This document shows, in pieces, positions 49,163 to 59,480 of a stretch of 64,000 bases of DNA. The DNA comes from Myxococcales bacterium (lineage in GTDB: Bacteria > Myxococcota_A > Polyangia > Polyangiales > Houyiibacteriaceae): assembly GCA_029863605.1 (NCBI GenBank), contig JAOTVB010000012.1, forward strand, positions 8,900 to 72,899, written 5' to 3'. Under the pieces are notes generated by a model that did no database searches, was not told the origin of the DNA, and saw only the letters and a list, made by a program, of their open reading frames with translations. Within the stretch, counting starts at the first letter, position 1; the number at the start of each line of letters is the position of its first letter. Position numbers and translations under genes: made by a program.

Positions 49163-51757
49163 ATGGCAGAATCTCCACAAAAACAGCCGGTCACACTCGA
49201 AGACGAGATGCGGCGTTCGTACCTCGACTACGCGATGAGCGTCATCATCGGGCGTGCGATTCCCGATGTGCGGGACGGCCTCAAGCCGGTCCACCGCCGT
49301 ATTCTCTACTCCATGCACGAGCAAAAGGTGCATTGGAACCAATCGTACAAAAAGAGCGCCCGCATCGTCGGCGACGTGCTGGGAAAGTACCATCCGCACG
49401 GTGACACGGCGGTCTACGACGCGCTCGTTCGCATGGCGCAGGATTTCTCCATGCGATACCCGTTGGTCGACGGGCAGGGGAACTTCGGCTCCGTCGACGG
49501 CGACCCCCCCGCGGCGATGCGTTACACCGAGGTCCGGATGCACCGGCTCGCCTCTGAGCTGCTCGCCGATATCGAAAAGGAAACCGTAGACTTCGGGCCA
49601 AACTTCGACGACTCCGAAAGTGAGCCCCTCGTCCTGCCGAGCCGGGTTCCAAATCTCTTGATCAATGGCTCGGGCGGCATCGCTGTCGGGATGGCGACCA
49701 ACATCCCTCCGCACAATCTCCGGGAAGTCGTCGATGCCACGGTTCGGCTCATGGGCGATCCCGAGCTCACGATCGACGAGCTGATGCGTGACGACCCGGA
49801 CTCCGGCCGCGAGGGCGTCAAAGGGCCCGACTTCCCGACTGCAGGGTACATCTATGGCACGTCGGGCATTCGGCTGGGCTACCGTACCGGGCGAGGTCGC
49901 ATCGTGATGAGGGCGCGGGCGTCTATCGAGGCGCTTCCGGGCAAAGCCGACCGCGAGATGATCGTCATCACCGAGATCCCCTACCAGGTAAACAAGGCGG
50001 AGCTTCTGAAGAAAATCGCCGACCTGGTCCGCGAAAAGCGCCTCGAGGGAATCAGCGACATCCGCGACGAGTCCGACCGAGACGGTCTGCGGATGGTCAT
50101 CGAGCTCAGGCGCGATGCCCACGGCGAAATCGTCCTCAACAAGCTTTACCAGATGACCGCGCTTCAGAGCACGTTCGGCTACAACTGCCTGGCGATCGTC
50201 AAGCAGCGACCCGAGGTGCTCGACCTCAAGACGACGTTGCTCCGGTTCATCGACCACCGTCGCGAGGTCGTTCTCAGGCGGACACGGTACGACGTCGCGC
50301 AGGCTCGCGCGCAACGGGAGCTCGTCGAGGGCCTCGGCATGGCGGTGACCGATGTCGACCTGGTCGTCGGCACCATTCGGTCATCGAAGGATCCCGACGA
50401 GGCCCGGGGGCGCCTGATGAAGATCGCCCTGACGGGCCTCGAAGAGTTCGTCCGGCGCGCAGGTCGTCCTGCGGCGGAGATCCAGGTCGCAAAGGAGCGT
50501 GGCGAGTACTTTCTTTCCGAGCGCCAGGCCAAAGCCATTCTCGAGATGCGCCTCTCGCGACTCACCGGCCTCGAGCGGGAGAAGCTCGCCGCCGAGTACG
50601 GCAGCCTATGCGACCTGATCGGCGAGCTCGAGGCGATCCTCGACAGCAAGGAGCTTCTCGACAAGGTGATCGTCGAGGAGCTCGACGAGATCCGTGCGCG
50701 CTACGGCGACGCTCGACGCACCGAAATCGTCGAAGCCGAGGGTGACATCTCGATCGAGGACCTGGTTCCCGACGAAGAAGTGGTTGTGACCGTATCGCAC
50801 GCCGGATACATCAAGCGCGTCCCGCTGAGCGAGTACCGCGCGCAAGGGCGTGGCGGGAAGGGCCTCCGGGCGATGGACACCCGCGATCAAGACTTCGTCA
50901 GCTGGGTGTTCGTGGTCAACGCCCACGCGCACGTCTTGTTTCTGAGCGACAAAGGCAAGGCCTACCTCAAGAAGGTGTACCAGATTCCCGAAAGCGGCCG
51001 TGCCGCCCGGGGCAGAGCGGTGGTGAACCTCGTCGGCATGGAGCCCGACGAAAGGGTCGCGGCCATCCTTCCGATTCGCGAGTTCGTCGAGGATGGGTAC
51101 CTTTTGACCTGCACGCGACGGGGCCGTGTGAAGCGCACCAACCTGAGCGCGTACGAGAACATCCGCCAGACCGGGATCATCGGGGTCGCGATCGGCGAGG
51201 GTGATGGCCTGCTGACGGCGCGCATCGTCACGCCGGGTCAGAGCGTGCTCATCGGAACTTCGCACGGGATGAGCATTCGCTTTCCGATCGAGGACGTGCG
51301 CGCCATGGGCCGCGATTCGATGGGCGTCAAGGGCATCGACCTTCGCAAGGGTGATTTCGTAATCGGCATGGACATCATCGAAAACGAGGATGCCGAACAG
51401 GTCCTGACCGTCAGCGCGAACGGTTACGGCAAGCGCACCCCAGTGTCGGAATGGCGTGCCCAAAACCGAGGAGGCAAAGGCATCATCGCGATGGACACGT
51501 CGGAGCGCAATGGGGCCCTAGTCAAGCTCAGGCTCGTCTCGCCCGACGACCAGTTGATGGTCATCACCAACGGCGGGCAGGTGATTCGCACGCGCGTGTC
51601 GGAAATCCGGGAGACCGGACGCAACACCCAGGGTGTGCGGGTGATCCGTCTCCGCGAGGGCGAGCAAGTGGTCGACGTGGAGCCGGTAGCCGAAGCGGAG
51701 GACGAGGAGGGCGAAGAACCCCGGGAAAATGGCCCCTCTGAGCCCGGAAACGTGTAA
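49163..51757 (+). CDS. gyrA: DNA gyrase subunit A
   Basis: [18 protein letters not shown] and the GyrA-box [10 protein letters not shown]. Acidic C-terminal tail. 864 aa. Confidence 0.96.
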   Translation: MAESPQKQPVTLEDEMRRSYLDYAMSVIIGRAIPDVRDGLKPVHRRILYSMHEQKVHWNQSYKKSARIVGDVLGKYHPHGDTAVYDALVRMAQDFSMRYPLVDGQGNFGSVDGDPPAAMRYTEVRMHRLASELLADIEKETVDFGPNFDDSESEPLVLPSRVPNLLINGSGGIAVGMATNIPPHNLREVVDATVRLMGDPELTIDELMRDDPDSGREGVKGPDFPTAGYIYGTSGIRLGYRTGRGRIVMRARASIEALPGKADREMIVITEIPYQVNKAELLKKIADLVREKRLEGISDIRDESDRDGLRMVIELRRDAHGEIVLNKLYQMTALQSTFGYNCLAIVKQRPEVLDLKTTLLRFIDHRREVVLRRTRYDVAQARAQRELVEGLGMAVTDVDLVVGTIRSSKDPDEARGRLMKIALTGLEEFVRRAGRPAAEIQVAKERGEYFLSERQAKAILEMRLSRLTGLEREKLAAEYGSLCDLIGELEAILDSKELLDKVIVEELDEIRARYGDARRTEIVEAEGDISIEDLVPDEEVVVTVSHAGYIKRVPLSEYRAQGRGGKGLRAMDTRDQDFVSWVFVVNAHAHVLFLSDKGKAYLKKVYQIPESGRAARGRAVVNLVGMEPDERVAAILPIREFVEDGYLLTCTRRGRVKRTNLSAYENIRQTGIIGVAIGEGDGLLTARIVTPGQSVLIGTSHGMSIRFPIEDVRAMGRDSMGVKGIDLRKGDFVIGMDIIENEDAEQVLTVSANGYGKRTPVSEWRAQNRGGKGIIAMDTSERNGALVKLRLVSPDDQLMVITNGGQVIRTRVSEIRETGRNTQGVRVIRLREGEQVVDVEPVAEAEDEEGEEPRENGPSEPGNV

Positions 51758-51822
51758 TCCGAGGAACAAACCGCTATCCTGATCTGGGAAAAGCGAGGGG
51801 CTTTACCGGGGGGTAGGCGAGT

Positions 51823-53985
51823 GTGAGTAAAGGACCCGTCATTGGGATCGACTTGGGGACGACCAATTCCGTGGTCGCCATTGCAGACCGGCCGGGCGCC
51901 CGTGTGCTTGCGGACAGCGACGGTTCGCAACTCATCCCGTCGGTGGTGTCCTTCCACCCGAGCGGCGACGTCCTGGTGGGCACCGCGGCGAAGGAGCGGC
52001 GGTTGCTCGATGCGGCGAACACCGTTTCGTCTGTCAAGCGACTGATCGGTCGTCCGTTCACGAGCTACGAGGTCAAGCAGGCACGAGAGCGGTTCGCGTT
52101 CGAGCTTTCCGAGGGCCCGAGCGGCGGCGTCCTGGTTTCGGCGCGGGGAGAGACATACACGCTCAGCGAGATAAGCGCCTTCGTGCTGAGGCACGTGCGT
52201 AAGGTCGCCGAAGAGGCCCTCGGAAAGGAATGCGAGCACGCCGTCGTCACCGTGCCGGCCAACTTCAACGAGCTTCAACGAAGCGCAACCAAAGCAGCCG
52301 GCCGCGTCGCAGGCCTCGAGGTCTTGCGCATCTTGAACGAGCCCACTGCTGCGGCGCTTGCCTACGGGTACAACAAGACGTCGAACGAGCGGTTGGCAGT
52401 CTACGATCTCGGCGGCGGCACCTTCGACATCACCATTCTGCAACTCGCAGGGGACGTGTTCGAGGTTCTCGCGACCGCGGGCGATACGTTTCTCGGTGGC
52501 GACGACGTGGACAATCTCATCGCCGATGATATGACCGCTCGGTTCCTCGAGTCTCAGCGCTACGATGCGCGCCAGGACCGCCAGGCTTTCGAGCGCCTTC
52601 GGGCTGCGGCAGAGTGGGCCAAATGCCAGCTTTCGGACAAGTCCGATGTGAAGCTCTGCATCGAAGAGCTCGCGTATGGCGACGGCGGGGTCGCGCTCAA
52701 CCTCGACTATGCGCTGACCCGTGCCCGTCTCGAACAGATGGTGCAACCGTTGATCGCGCGCAGCTTCGACGTCTGCGAGGACGCCATGAAGGCCGCGGGA
52801 CTGCGTCCGACGCAGCTCGACAACGTGATCTTGGTCGGTGGCTCGACCCGCATCCCGCTGCTTCAGCGGATGGTGGCCGAGTACTTCGGCCGCAAGCCGC
52901 AGGCGACCATCGATCCCGACCTGGTGGTCGCGCAGGGGGCCGCGCTTCAAGCCAAGGTGCTGTCGGCACCAGGGCGGAAGCCCTCGGCGGCGCTCGGACG
53001 CGTGTCGCTGAAAAAGGTCGCCCAGCCGGACGGGGACACGCCCTTCGGCGACGACTTTGAGGACGAGGTCACAAATATCGGCGATCGGCAGCCGGTGCCG
53101 CCCCCGCCGGTCGCGCGTAGTGCGCGTAAAGCCACGTTGCCCGGCCAGGCGCCTCCGCCCCCGCCGATTCACCTCAAGAAGGCTGAGCAACCAGCCGAGG
53201 ACGCTGTAATCGATACGCCCACGCGGTCCCGTGAGGAGCCCTTCGAGGACATGCGAACACGAGTGGCGGAGGCGGTCGATCCACTCGATTTTCAACCCAC
53301 GCGAACCGCGGATGCTTCGGGTCTCTTGATGGAGATCGCCGAGGGCACGGCGGCTCGTGACGTGCCCGTAGACGATGAAACGTCGGGGCTTGCGGTGGAG
53401 CTCGGAGACCATGCGTTCGGCACACCCTCCGAGGTGCCGTCCGATGAGCCCCAATCGCCTCCCCCGCCTCTCGAGTTACCAAGCTCTGCGCCGCGAGTGC
53501 TCGAAGCCGCACTCGACGAGGAGGTATCGACAGTCACCGGCGCCCTTCCGGTCCCGGATGGGCCTTCAGCGCCGCTACTGCTCGACGTCACTCCGCTTTC
53601 ACTCGGGGTCGAGACCGTCGACGGTTACTGCGAGCACATCATTCGTCGCAACTCTGCGATCCCAGCGGGTCAAACCAAGATGTTCACGACGGCGCGCGAC
53701 AAGCAAGAGACCGTGGTCGTCCGGATTTGCCAGGGTGAGTCGCGACAGATCAGCGGCAACCAGTTACTTGGCGAGGTGGTGCTTGATGGGCTGCGACCGG
53801 CTGCCCGCGGCAAGGTGCAGATCGCCGTTCGGTTCATGATCGACGCCGATGGCACGTTGAAAGTTCGGGCGCAAGACGTCGGGACCGGCCAACAGCAACA
53901 GATCGCGATCAAGCTGATCGGTGAGCTGCCGGATGAACAGATCCGGGCGCTCCGTGAGCGCCACGAGGCAAAGATGGGAGCGTAG
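51823..53985 (+). CDS. non-canonical Hsp70 (DnaK-like) with an approximately 200-aa interdomain insertion and no helical lid
   Basis: [20 protein letters not shown] and LVGGSTRIP motifs in the NBD. The insertion (52969-53574) is Pro-rich and acidic. [13 protein letters not shown] starts a beta-sandwich, followed by only about 20-30 further residues (no full helical lid). Confidence 0.9.
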   Translation: MSKGPVIGIDLGTTNSVVAIADRPGARVLADSDGSQLIPSVVSFHPSGDVLVGTAAKERRLLDAANTVSSVKRLIGRPFTSYEVKQARERFAFELSEGPSGGVLVSARGETYTLSEISAFVLRHVRKVAEEALGKECEHAVVTVPANFNELQRSATKAAGRVAGLEVLRILNEPTAAALAYGYNKTSNERLAVYDLGGGTFDITILQLAGDVFEVLATAGDTFLGGDDVDNLIADDMTARFLESQRYDARQDRQAFERLRAAAEWAKCQLSDKSDVKLCIEELAYGDGGVALNLDYALTRARLEQMVQPLIARSFDVCEDAMKAAGLRPTQLDNVILVGGSTRIPLLQRMVAEYFGRKPQATIDPDLVVAQGAALQAKVLSAPGRKPSAALGRVSLKKVAQPDGDTPFGDDFEDEVTNIGDRQPVPPPPVARSARKATLPGQAPPPPPIHLKKAEQPAEDAVIDTPTRSREEPFEDMRTRVAEAVDPLDFQPTRTADASGLLMEIAEGTAARDVPVDDETSGLAVELGDHAFGTPSEVPSDEPQSPPPPLELPSSAPRVLEAALDEEVSTVTGALPVPDGPSAPLLLDVTPLSLGVETVDGYCEHIIRRNSAIPAGQTKMFTTARDKQETVVVRICQGESRQISGNQLLGEVVLDGLRPAARGKVQIAVRFMIDADGTLKVRAQDVGTGQQQQIAIKLIGELPDEQIRALRERHEAKMGA

Positions 53986-53988
53986 GCC

Positions 53989-54474
53989 GTGTCCGAGTCT
54001 CCGGAAGCCCAAGACTACTACACGGTCCTCGGGATCATCAGAGCGGCCACGGCCGACCAGATCCGCTCCGCATTCCATCGCTTCGCCCGGGAGCATCATC
54101 CAGACACTTTCGTCGACGCGCCCGACGAGGAACGCGATCGGCATACGGAGCTTTACCAGCTCGGAAGTGAGGCCTATCAGGTGTTGCTCGATCCCGTAAA
54201 GCGTAAGATCTACGATGAGGGTCTCTTGCAAGGCCGCGTGCGATATTCGGCCGACCGTGCCGAAGAGACGCGGCGCACGATGCGTCCACCCGGCGGCGTC
54301 ATGCTCAATTCGAGCAAGGCGCGGGTGTTCTTCACTCGCGCTCACAAAGCGATGAAAGCCGAGGACTGGCCGCAGGCAAAGCTCAATCTACAAATGGCGC
54401 TCCAGAATGAGCCCGACAACGAGGACCTCAAAGGCAAGCTCGACGAAGTCCTCGAACGGATGGAGTCCGGCTGA
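53989..54474 (+). CDS. J-domain protein with a short TPR-like C-terminus
   Basis: DYYTVLGI...FHRFAREHHPD (HPD motif). Starts 3 nt after the Hsp70 stop. Confidence 0.85.
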   Translation: MSESPEAQDYYTVLGIIRAATADQIRSAFHRFAREHHPDTFVDAPDEERDRHTELYQLGSEAYQVLLDPVKRKIYDEGLLQGRVRYSADRAEETRRTMRPPGGVMLNSSKARVFFTRAHKAMKAEDWPQAKLNLQMALQNEPDNEDLKGKLDEVLERMESG

Positions 54475-54481
54475 AGGCCGA

Positions 54482-54519
54482 GCGCGGCACCCGCGCCGTT
54501 TTCGCGACTCGCGGTTTTT
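54482..54519 (+). terminator. tandem intrinsic terminator hairpins after the Hsp70/J operon
   Basis: GCGCGG-CAC-CCGCGC followed by CGTTTT, then CGCG-ACT-CGCG followed by GTTTTT. Confidence 0.5.
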
Positions 54520-54947
54520 CTTGTTCATCCGCTCTTATTTTGATGCTCTTCGGCGGGCGGCGCCGTTGGCTTTGTTAGTGTTTCTCTTCGTCTTCGAGGG
54601 CTGTTGGGCATCATGTATGGCGTGCGCAGCCGGCAGAGGAAGCAGCTCGAGCTCAAGACGCTTCGGCTCTTTACGCGAGGCGGAGCGAGCCCTCCGCCCC
54701 TCTCTTTCGACGAGTATCGGCTCACCGACGTCCAAGACCTGGTACCCGCTGACACGCAATGCACTCCTTGCAACCACCGCGGTGTTCAGTGTCAGTTGGA
54801 TCTTCCTGGGCGTCGCGATTCCGCAGTGCCAAGCGGGGAGGAGGTGACCGGGGCCGAGCCGCAGCCTGTGGGGGCGGAGCCAGCGGTAGCCTCGGCGTGC
54901 GGTCCCGCACTAGCTCCTAAGAATTTCCGGGCTATGGTTGCTGCGTT

Positions 54948-55541
54948 ATGGGACGAAGGGCGACGATCAAGCGTCGAACCAAAGAGACCGAGATCACCGT
55001 CGAGCTCAACCTCGATGGTAGTGGCCACTACCAAGTCGAGACTCCGATCGGGTTTTTGACGCACATGGTGGAGCAGCTCGCCAAGCACGGGCTGTTCGAT
55101 CTGAAGGTGCGTGCAGTCGGCGACACCCACATCGATGGGCACCACACCACCGAAGACCTGGCGATCTCCCTCGGTCAGGCCGTCGCCGAGGCCCTTGGTG
55201 ATAAGGCCGGGATTCGCCGCTACGGCTCGGCCACGCTTCCGATGGACGAGGCCTGCGTGACATGCGCGCTCGACATGTCAGGGCGCCCTTTCTTCGTGTG
55301 GGCCGTCTCTTTGCCAAAGGCGAAAATAGGTGATTTCGATTCGGAGCTCGCCGAGGTGTTCTTCGAGGGCTTCGTGCGTGGAAGCCAGTGCAATCTGCAC
55401 ATGCGTCAGCATGCCGGAGACAATCTTCACCATGTCATCGAGATCAGCTTCAAGGCCTTTGCGCGTGCGCTTCGGGAAGCGACCGAGGTCGATCCGCGGG
55501 TACGCGGGGTGCCGTCGACCAAGGGCACGTTGACCGAATGA
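54948..55541 (+). CDS. hisB: imidazoleglycerol-phosphate dehydratase
   Basis: RRTKETEITVELNLDG and DGHHTTEDLAI motifs. Confidence 0.94.
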   Translation: MGRRATIKRRTKETEITVELNLDGSGHYQVETPIGFLTHMVEQLAKHGLFDLKVRAVGDTHIDGHHTTEDLAISLGQAVAEALGDKAGIRRYGSATLPMDEACVTCALDMSGRPFFVWAVSLPKAKIGDFDSELAEVFFEGFVRGSQCNLHMRQHAGDNLHHVIEISFKAFARALREATEVDPRVRGVPSTKGTLTE

Positions 55542-56167
55542 CTACCGGCCGCGTCGCCATCGTCGATTTGGGCCTCGGGAACCTGCACAGCGTGGCCAAG
55601 GCATTCGAGCGCGCGGGCGCCAAGCCCGTGCTTAGCGCGGACCCGGAGGTGCTGCTGAGTGCTGACCGTCTCGTGATGCCGGGGCAAGGCGCATTCAAGG
55701 AGTGCTCGCATGCGTTGGCTGGAGAGGTTGGCGAGGCTGTGCGCGCCTGGATCGATAGCGGACGTCCGTACCTGGGTATTTGCCTCGGGATGCAAGCGCT
55801 ATTCGAGTCGAGTGAAGAGGCTCCAGGAGAGCCGGGCCTCGGTATCTTCCCCGGGAGCGTTCGTAGATTCTCCGTCGATCTGCGCGATGAGAGCGGCGTG
55901 CGATTGAAGGTTCCCCACATCGGGTGGAATCAAATCGCCAGCACGCATCCTGTGTTCGAAGACGGCGCGTGGTACTACTTCGTGCACAGCTACTATTGTG
56001 TCCCGAAGGACGAGGCTCTCGTGGTCGCGACGACCGACTACGGCGGCCGGTTCTGCTCCGCGATCGCTCGCGACAACGTGCTCGCCTGCCAGTTCCACCC
56101 CGAAAAGAGCCAGCACGCTGGAGTACGCGTGATCGGACACTTCCTGGGAGACGTTTCGTGGAGTTGA
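55538..56167 (+). CDS. hisH: imidazole glycerol phosphate synthase, glutaminase subunit
   Basis: ATGA overlap with his[22 protein letters not shown] and FVHSYY motifs. Confidence 0.94.
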   Translation: MTTGRVAIVDLGLGNLHSVAKAFERAGAKPVLSADPEVLLSADRLVMPGQGAFKECSHALAGEVGEAVRAWIDSGRPYLGICLGMQALFESSEEAPGEPGLGIFPGSVRRFSVDLRDESGVRLKVPHIGWNQIASTHPVFEDGAWYYFVHSYYCVPKDEALVVATTDYGGRFCSAIARDNVLACQFHPEKSQHAGVRVIGHFLGDVSWS

Positions 56168-56877
56168 TCCCCGCCATCGATTTGCTCGACGGCAAAGCCG
56201 TGCGGCTGCATCAAGGACGGTACGACGAAGTCACAGTCTACGAAGACGATCCCTTAGCCGCTGCGCAGAAGTTCGAGCAACAAGGAGCCGAGCGGCTCCA
56301 CGTCGTGGATCTCGAGGGTGCACGCACAGGGAGACCCGCACACGTACCTGTGATTCAGAGCATCCTTCGGGAGACGAGCCTTCAGGTTCAAATCGGCGGT
56401 GGAGTCCGGAACGAGGAAGTGGCGGGGCAATGGATCGACGCTGGAGCGGCGAGGGTCGTCTTGGGCACCATGGTGGTCAAGGCACCCGACGAGGCGCGCG
56501 GCATCTGTGCTCGATACCCCAATGCCGTCATCGTGGCGCTCGATGCGCGCGATGGAAAGGTTGCGGTCGAAGGCTGGCAAGAGCAGAGCGCTCAGGCCGT
56601 CGCCGAGCTAGCCGCCGAAGTCGATCGGTGGAAGATCGCCGCCATCTTGTATACGAACATTCGAAAAGACGGAACCCGCGAGGGTCCGGACGTCGAAGGA
56701 ACCGCGCAGCTGCAAGGCCAGGTCGGCACCACTGTGATCGCCTCGGGCGGCATTGGGGCACTCGAGCACCTTCGTGCGCTGTCTGCAGCGGGAGTCCGTG
56801 CAGCGGTTTGTGGTCGGGCGCTCTACTCAGGGGCGTTCACTTTGTCGGAAGCCCTAGCGGCACTAAAGGCGATGTGA
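56158..56877 (+). CDS. hisA: ProFAR isomerase
   Basis: [21 protein letters not shown]. Start is GTG 56158 or TTG 56164, both overlapping the hisH stop. Confidence 0.92.
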   Translation: MELIPAIDLLDGKAVRLHQGRYDEVTVYEDDPLAAAQKFEQQGAERLHVVDLEGARTGRPAHVPVIQSILRETSLQVQIGGGVRNEEVAGQWIDAGAARVVLGTMVVKAPDEARGICARYPNAVIVALDARDGKVAVEGWQEQSAQAVAELAAEVDRWKIAAILYTNIRKDGTREGPDVEGTAQLQGQVGTTVIASGGIGALEHLRALSAAGVRAAVCGRALYSGAFTLSEALAALKAM

Positions 56878-57653
56878 TGCTTGCGAAGCGCATCATCCCC
56901 TGCCTCGACGTCAAGGGCGGGCGTGTCGTCAAAGGCGTCAACTTCGTTGGTCTGAGAGACGCCGGTGATCCCGTCGAGTCCGCGCAACGATATAGCGAAG
57001 GAGGCGCAGACGAGATCACGTTTCTCGACATTACCGCGTCGCATGAGGAACGGCGAAACTTGTTCGACCTCGTGGACCGAGCTGCGTCGACCATTGCGGT
57101 ACCATTGACCGTAGGTGGTGGGGTGCGGGAGCGCCAAGACGTCAACGAGCTGCTTCACGCAGGCGCCGACAAAGTGTCGATCAACAGCGCAGCGGTGGCC
57201 GACCCGTCTTTCGTAGGGGAGATGGCGGAGGCATACGGCTCCCAGGCCATCGTGGTGGCGATCGACGCCAAGCGCGTCCCCGACGTCGAGGGTAGATGGA
57301 CCGTTTACACCCATGGCGGCAGGCGTGATACGGGCCTCGACGCGATCGCCTGGGCTAAGCAGGTGGCCGATCTTGGCGCGGGCGAGATTCTTCTGACCAG
57401 CATGGACCGGGACGGGACTCGAGATGGCTACGATCTGGTGTTAACTCGGGCAGTTGTGGACGCCGTACCGATTCCGGTCGTCGCCTCCGGGGGCGTGGGA
57501 ACGCTAGAGCACGTTTACGAGGGTTTGGCCTCCGCAGGGGCCGATGCGGCGCTTGCGGCTTCTATCTTTCACGATGGTCACTACACTGTGGCCGAGGTCA
57601 AGCGTTACCTGCTCGGCCAAGGGGTATGTGTGCGTCCGCCAGAGGCGGACTGA
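56877..57653 (+). CDS. hisF: imidazole glycerol phosphate synthase, cyclase subunit
   Basis: [20 protein letters not shown]. The ATG overlaps the hisA TGA. Confidence 0.95.
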   Translation: MLAKRIIPCLDVKGGRVVKGVNFVGLRDAGDPVESAQRYSEGGADEITFLDITASHEERRNLFDLVDRAASTIAVPLTVGGGVRERQDVNELLHAGADKVSINSAAVADPSFVGEMAEAYGSQAIVVAIDAKRVPDVEGRWTVYTHGGRRDTGLDAIAWAKQVADLGAGEILLTSMDRDGTRDGYDLVLTRAVVDAVPIPVVASGGVGTLEHVYEGLASAGADAALAASIFHDGHYTVAEVKRYLLGQGVCVRPPEAD

Positions 57654-57662
57654 GGGGAAGGG

Positions 57663-59480
57663 ATGACCATGGACCTGGGCGTGGGGCAGCTGGTTGATGA
57701 GCTAGAGCAACGCGGCGATCGTCTTCCCTTCGAGATCGGCGCGTTCGTGGCACTGGAGGCGTGCGAGGGGCTTCTTCAGCAGGCGGTCAAGCTCGGGGCC
57801 AATGACGTGCGAGTGACGGCGGAGGGCTCGGTGGTAGTCGCTGCATCGGCTGAGCGCGCAGAGCCTGATGAAGCAGCACGGTCGTTGGTGTCGGTGCTCT
57901 CCCGCCTTCTGGTCGCTGCAGGGCCTGGAGTGCCGCCGCACCTGTTGCAATTGGTCCGCGAGAGCATGACCGGTGAAGCGCAGCGGGACCTTCGTCACCT
58001 GCACGACGCGATCGAGGCGTCGTTGATCCCTCTCAACCGTGGTGCGTCGCGTCGCGTTCTTGCCCGGTTGGTGCGCGAAAGCGACCGGCCTCCGGCTCCC
58101 GAAGAAGTGGCGATCGACCCGCAGGAGCTCGACGCTGAGCTCGACGAACTGTTGCGCGACCCTGCGTCTCGCTCGCTCGATCCGGAACCGGGGAGCACGC
58201 CTCTGACCGTTGATGAAGAGCCTGTGACGGCGAAGATCACGGTGCCGAGGGCAGCGCTGGAGGCAGAGACAACGGCAGGGACGGAGACGACGTCGAAGAA
58301 AGTGGCAGCGTCGGTGACCGAGTCGTTGGGGCGAGCGGAGGTGGAGACGGGGTCTTTGGTTGTGTCGGAGGAGGCGAGGGTGGCTTCTGAGCCTCCGTCC
58401 TTGCCGAGGGGTCGTGTCGGGGCCGCTTCGGCTGAGCCGGTGCCGACTTCGCAGCCCCACCAAGAAGCGGTGACCGCCACGATTCGGGTTCGGTTTCCCG
58501 AGGCCGAGCCTGAGTCGGCCGAAGTGCCCATCGGTGAAGCGGACACCTCGTCCGGACATGCAACTGCTGGCGCGGCCGCGGAATCGGATCCGCCCCACCT
58601 GCTCGCTCCGGCCTCGTCTGCGGTGATCGAATCCGCGACCGCGACGACCCAGCTTTGGGCCACCACGCCGCCTGCGCAAGACCAGCGCGAGTCAGAAGCT
58701 CCAGATGGACACTTCGAAGCACGAGAGTCATCGACCGGACGAGAGGCCACCGTTCCGGTAGGCCGACCTTCGGTACCGCAGCCCCTCAAGCAGCGGCCGT
58801 CGCTTGGGCTCTGGCTACTGCTGCTGGGGGCTGTCATCGGTGTCTCTGCGCTTTGGACGACAGGCGTCCTCGACCGCTTTGCTCGGTCAGCACCGTCCAC
58901 GACGTCGGGGACAGCCCCACAAACCGGCACCATCGAGGTTACCGTCGACCCGGCCGACTCTCAGATATTTATCTTCGTCGGCCGAGGCCCCACGGTTGCC
59001 GAGGGGTTGCCGCTTGCCGGGCCGCATGAGTTCGTGGTCTTCGATCACGGGCTCGAACCTTCGAGGGCCGTGGTGCCGACAGACGCGACCTGGGCTACCA
59101 CTGACGATGGTGCGAGCTACGAGCTAGCCGTTCAGGCTCAGCCGCTCGATAGCGTGAGCGATCCACGTGGCCTCGGCGCTCCGCTGACGACATCGTCGCC
59201 ATCCGGCGAGCAGCGCGGGAGTGTTCGAGTGATCACCAACCCACCGGGAGCCAAGGTCTATCGGTTCGTTGGGATGGGGCCCACAGTCGAGATTCCAACC
59301 GCATCGATCCACGAGGGGCAGGAAATATTGGTCTACCACCCCGAGCACTCCGCGCGCCGCGCGGTCATCGGCCCGAGCGATTGGCGCGTCGCCCCAGGTC
59401 AACCCGATCACCGGGCTAGCCTCGAAATCGCGCTGCCTCCGCTCCCGTCAACCGGCGTCTCGGATTCGCCCGAGAACTGA
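57663..59480 (+). CDS. membrane protein with two C-terminal PEGA-like domains and a helical N-domain of unclear origin
   Basis: TM segment LGLWLLLLGAVIGVSALW. PEGA-like GTIEVTVDPADSQIFIFVG and VRVITNPPGAKVYRFVG. Long Pro/Ala/Glu/Ser-rich linker. Confidence 0.6.
   Translation: MTMDLGVGQLVDELEQRGDRLPFEIGAFVALEACEGLLQQAVKLGANDVRVTAEGSVVVAASAERAEPDEAARSLVSVLSRLLVAAGPGVPPHLLQLVRESMTGEAQRDLRHLHDAIEASLIPLNRGASRRVLARLVRESDRPPAPEEVAIDPQELDAELDELLRDPASRSLDPEPGSTPLTVDEEPVTAKITVPRAALEAETTAGTETTSKKVAASVTESLGRAEVETGSLVVSEEARVASEPPSLPRGRVGAASAEPVPTSQPHQEAVTATIRVRFPEAEPESAEVPIGEADTSSGHATAGAAAESDPPHLLAPASSAVIESATATTQLWATTPPAQDQRESEAPDGHFEARESSTGREATVPVGRPSVPQPLKQRPSLGLWLLLLGAVIGVSALWTTGVLDRFARSAPSTTSGTAPQTGTIEVTVDPADSQIFIFVGRGPTVAEGLPLAGPHEFVVFDHGLEPSRAVVPTDATWATTDDGASYELAVQAQPLDSVSDPRGLGAPLTTSSPSGEQRGSVRVITNPPGAKVYRFVGMGPTVEIPTASIHEGQEILVYHPEHSARRAVIGPSDWRVAPGQPDHRASLEIALPPLPSTGVSDSPEN

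Noticed and set aside
48947-50314. 455-aa ORF on the - strand
   Set aside because: Antisense to the gyrA 5' half and also crosses the SPOR/gyrA intergenic region. Low-complexity Arg/Val/Asp-rich product.
51424-53454. 676-aa ORF on the - strand
   Set aside because: Antisense to the gyrA 3' end, the intergenic gap and most of the Hsp70 gene. Long stop-free antisense frames opposite hsp70 genes are a known compositional artefact. No motifs are present, and it spans an intergenic region.
54626-54648. GCAGCCGGCAGAGGAAGCAGCTC, reminiscent of the SRP (4.5S) RNA domain IV string GGUCCGGAAGGAAGCAGCC
   Set aside because: The GNRA tetraloop register is broken by extra GA. The flanking sequences cannot form the long hairpin required of SRP RNA, since the reverse complement of the 5' flank does not match the 3' flank.
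57702-58933. Two long - strand ORFs (325 aa and 312 aa)
   Set aside because: Both are antisense to the low-complexity linker of the 57663-59480 gene, and their products are Arg/Pro/Ser low complexity.
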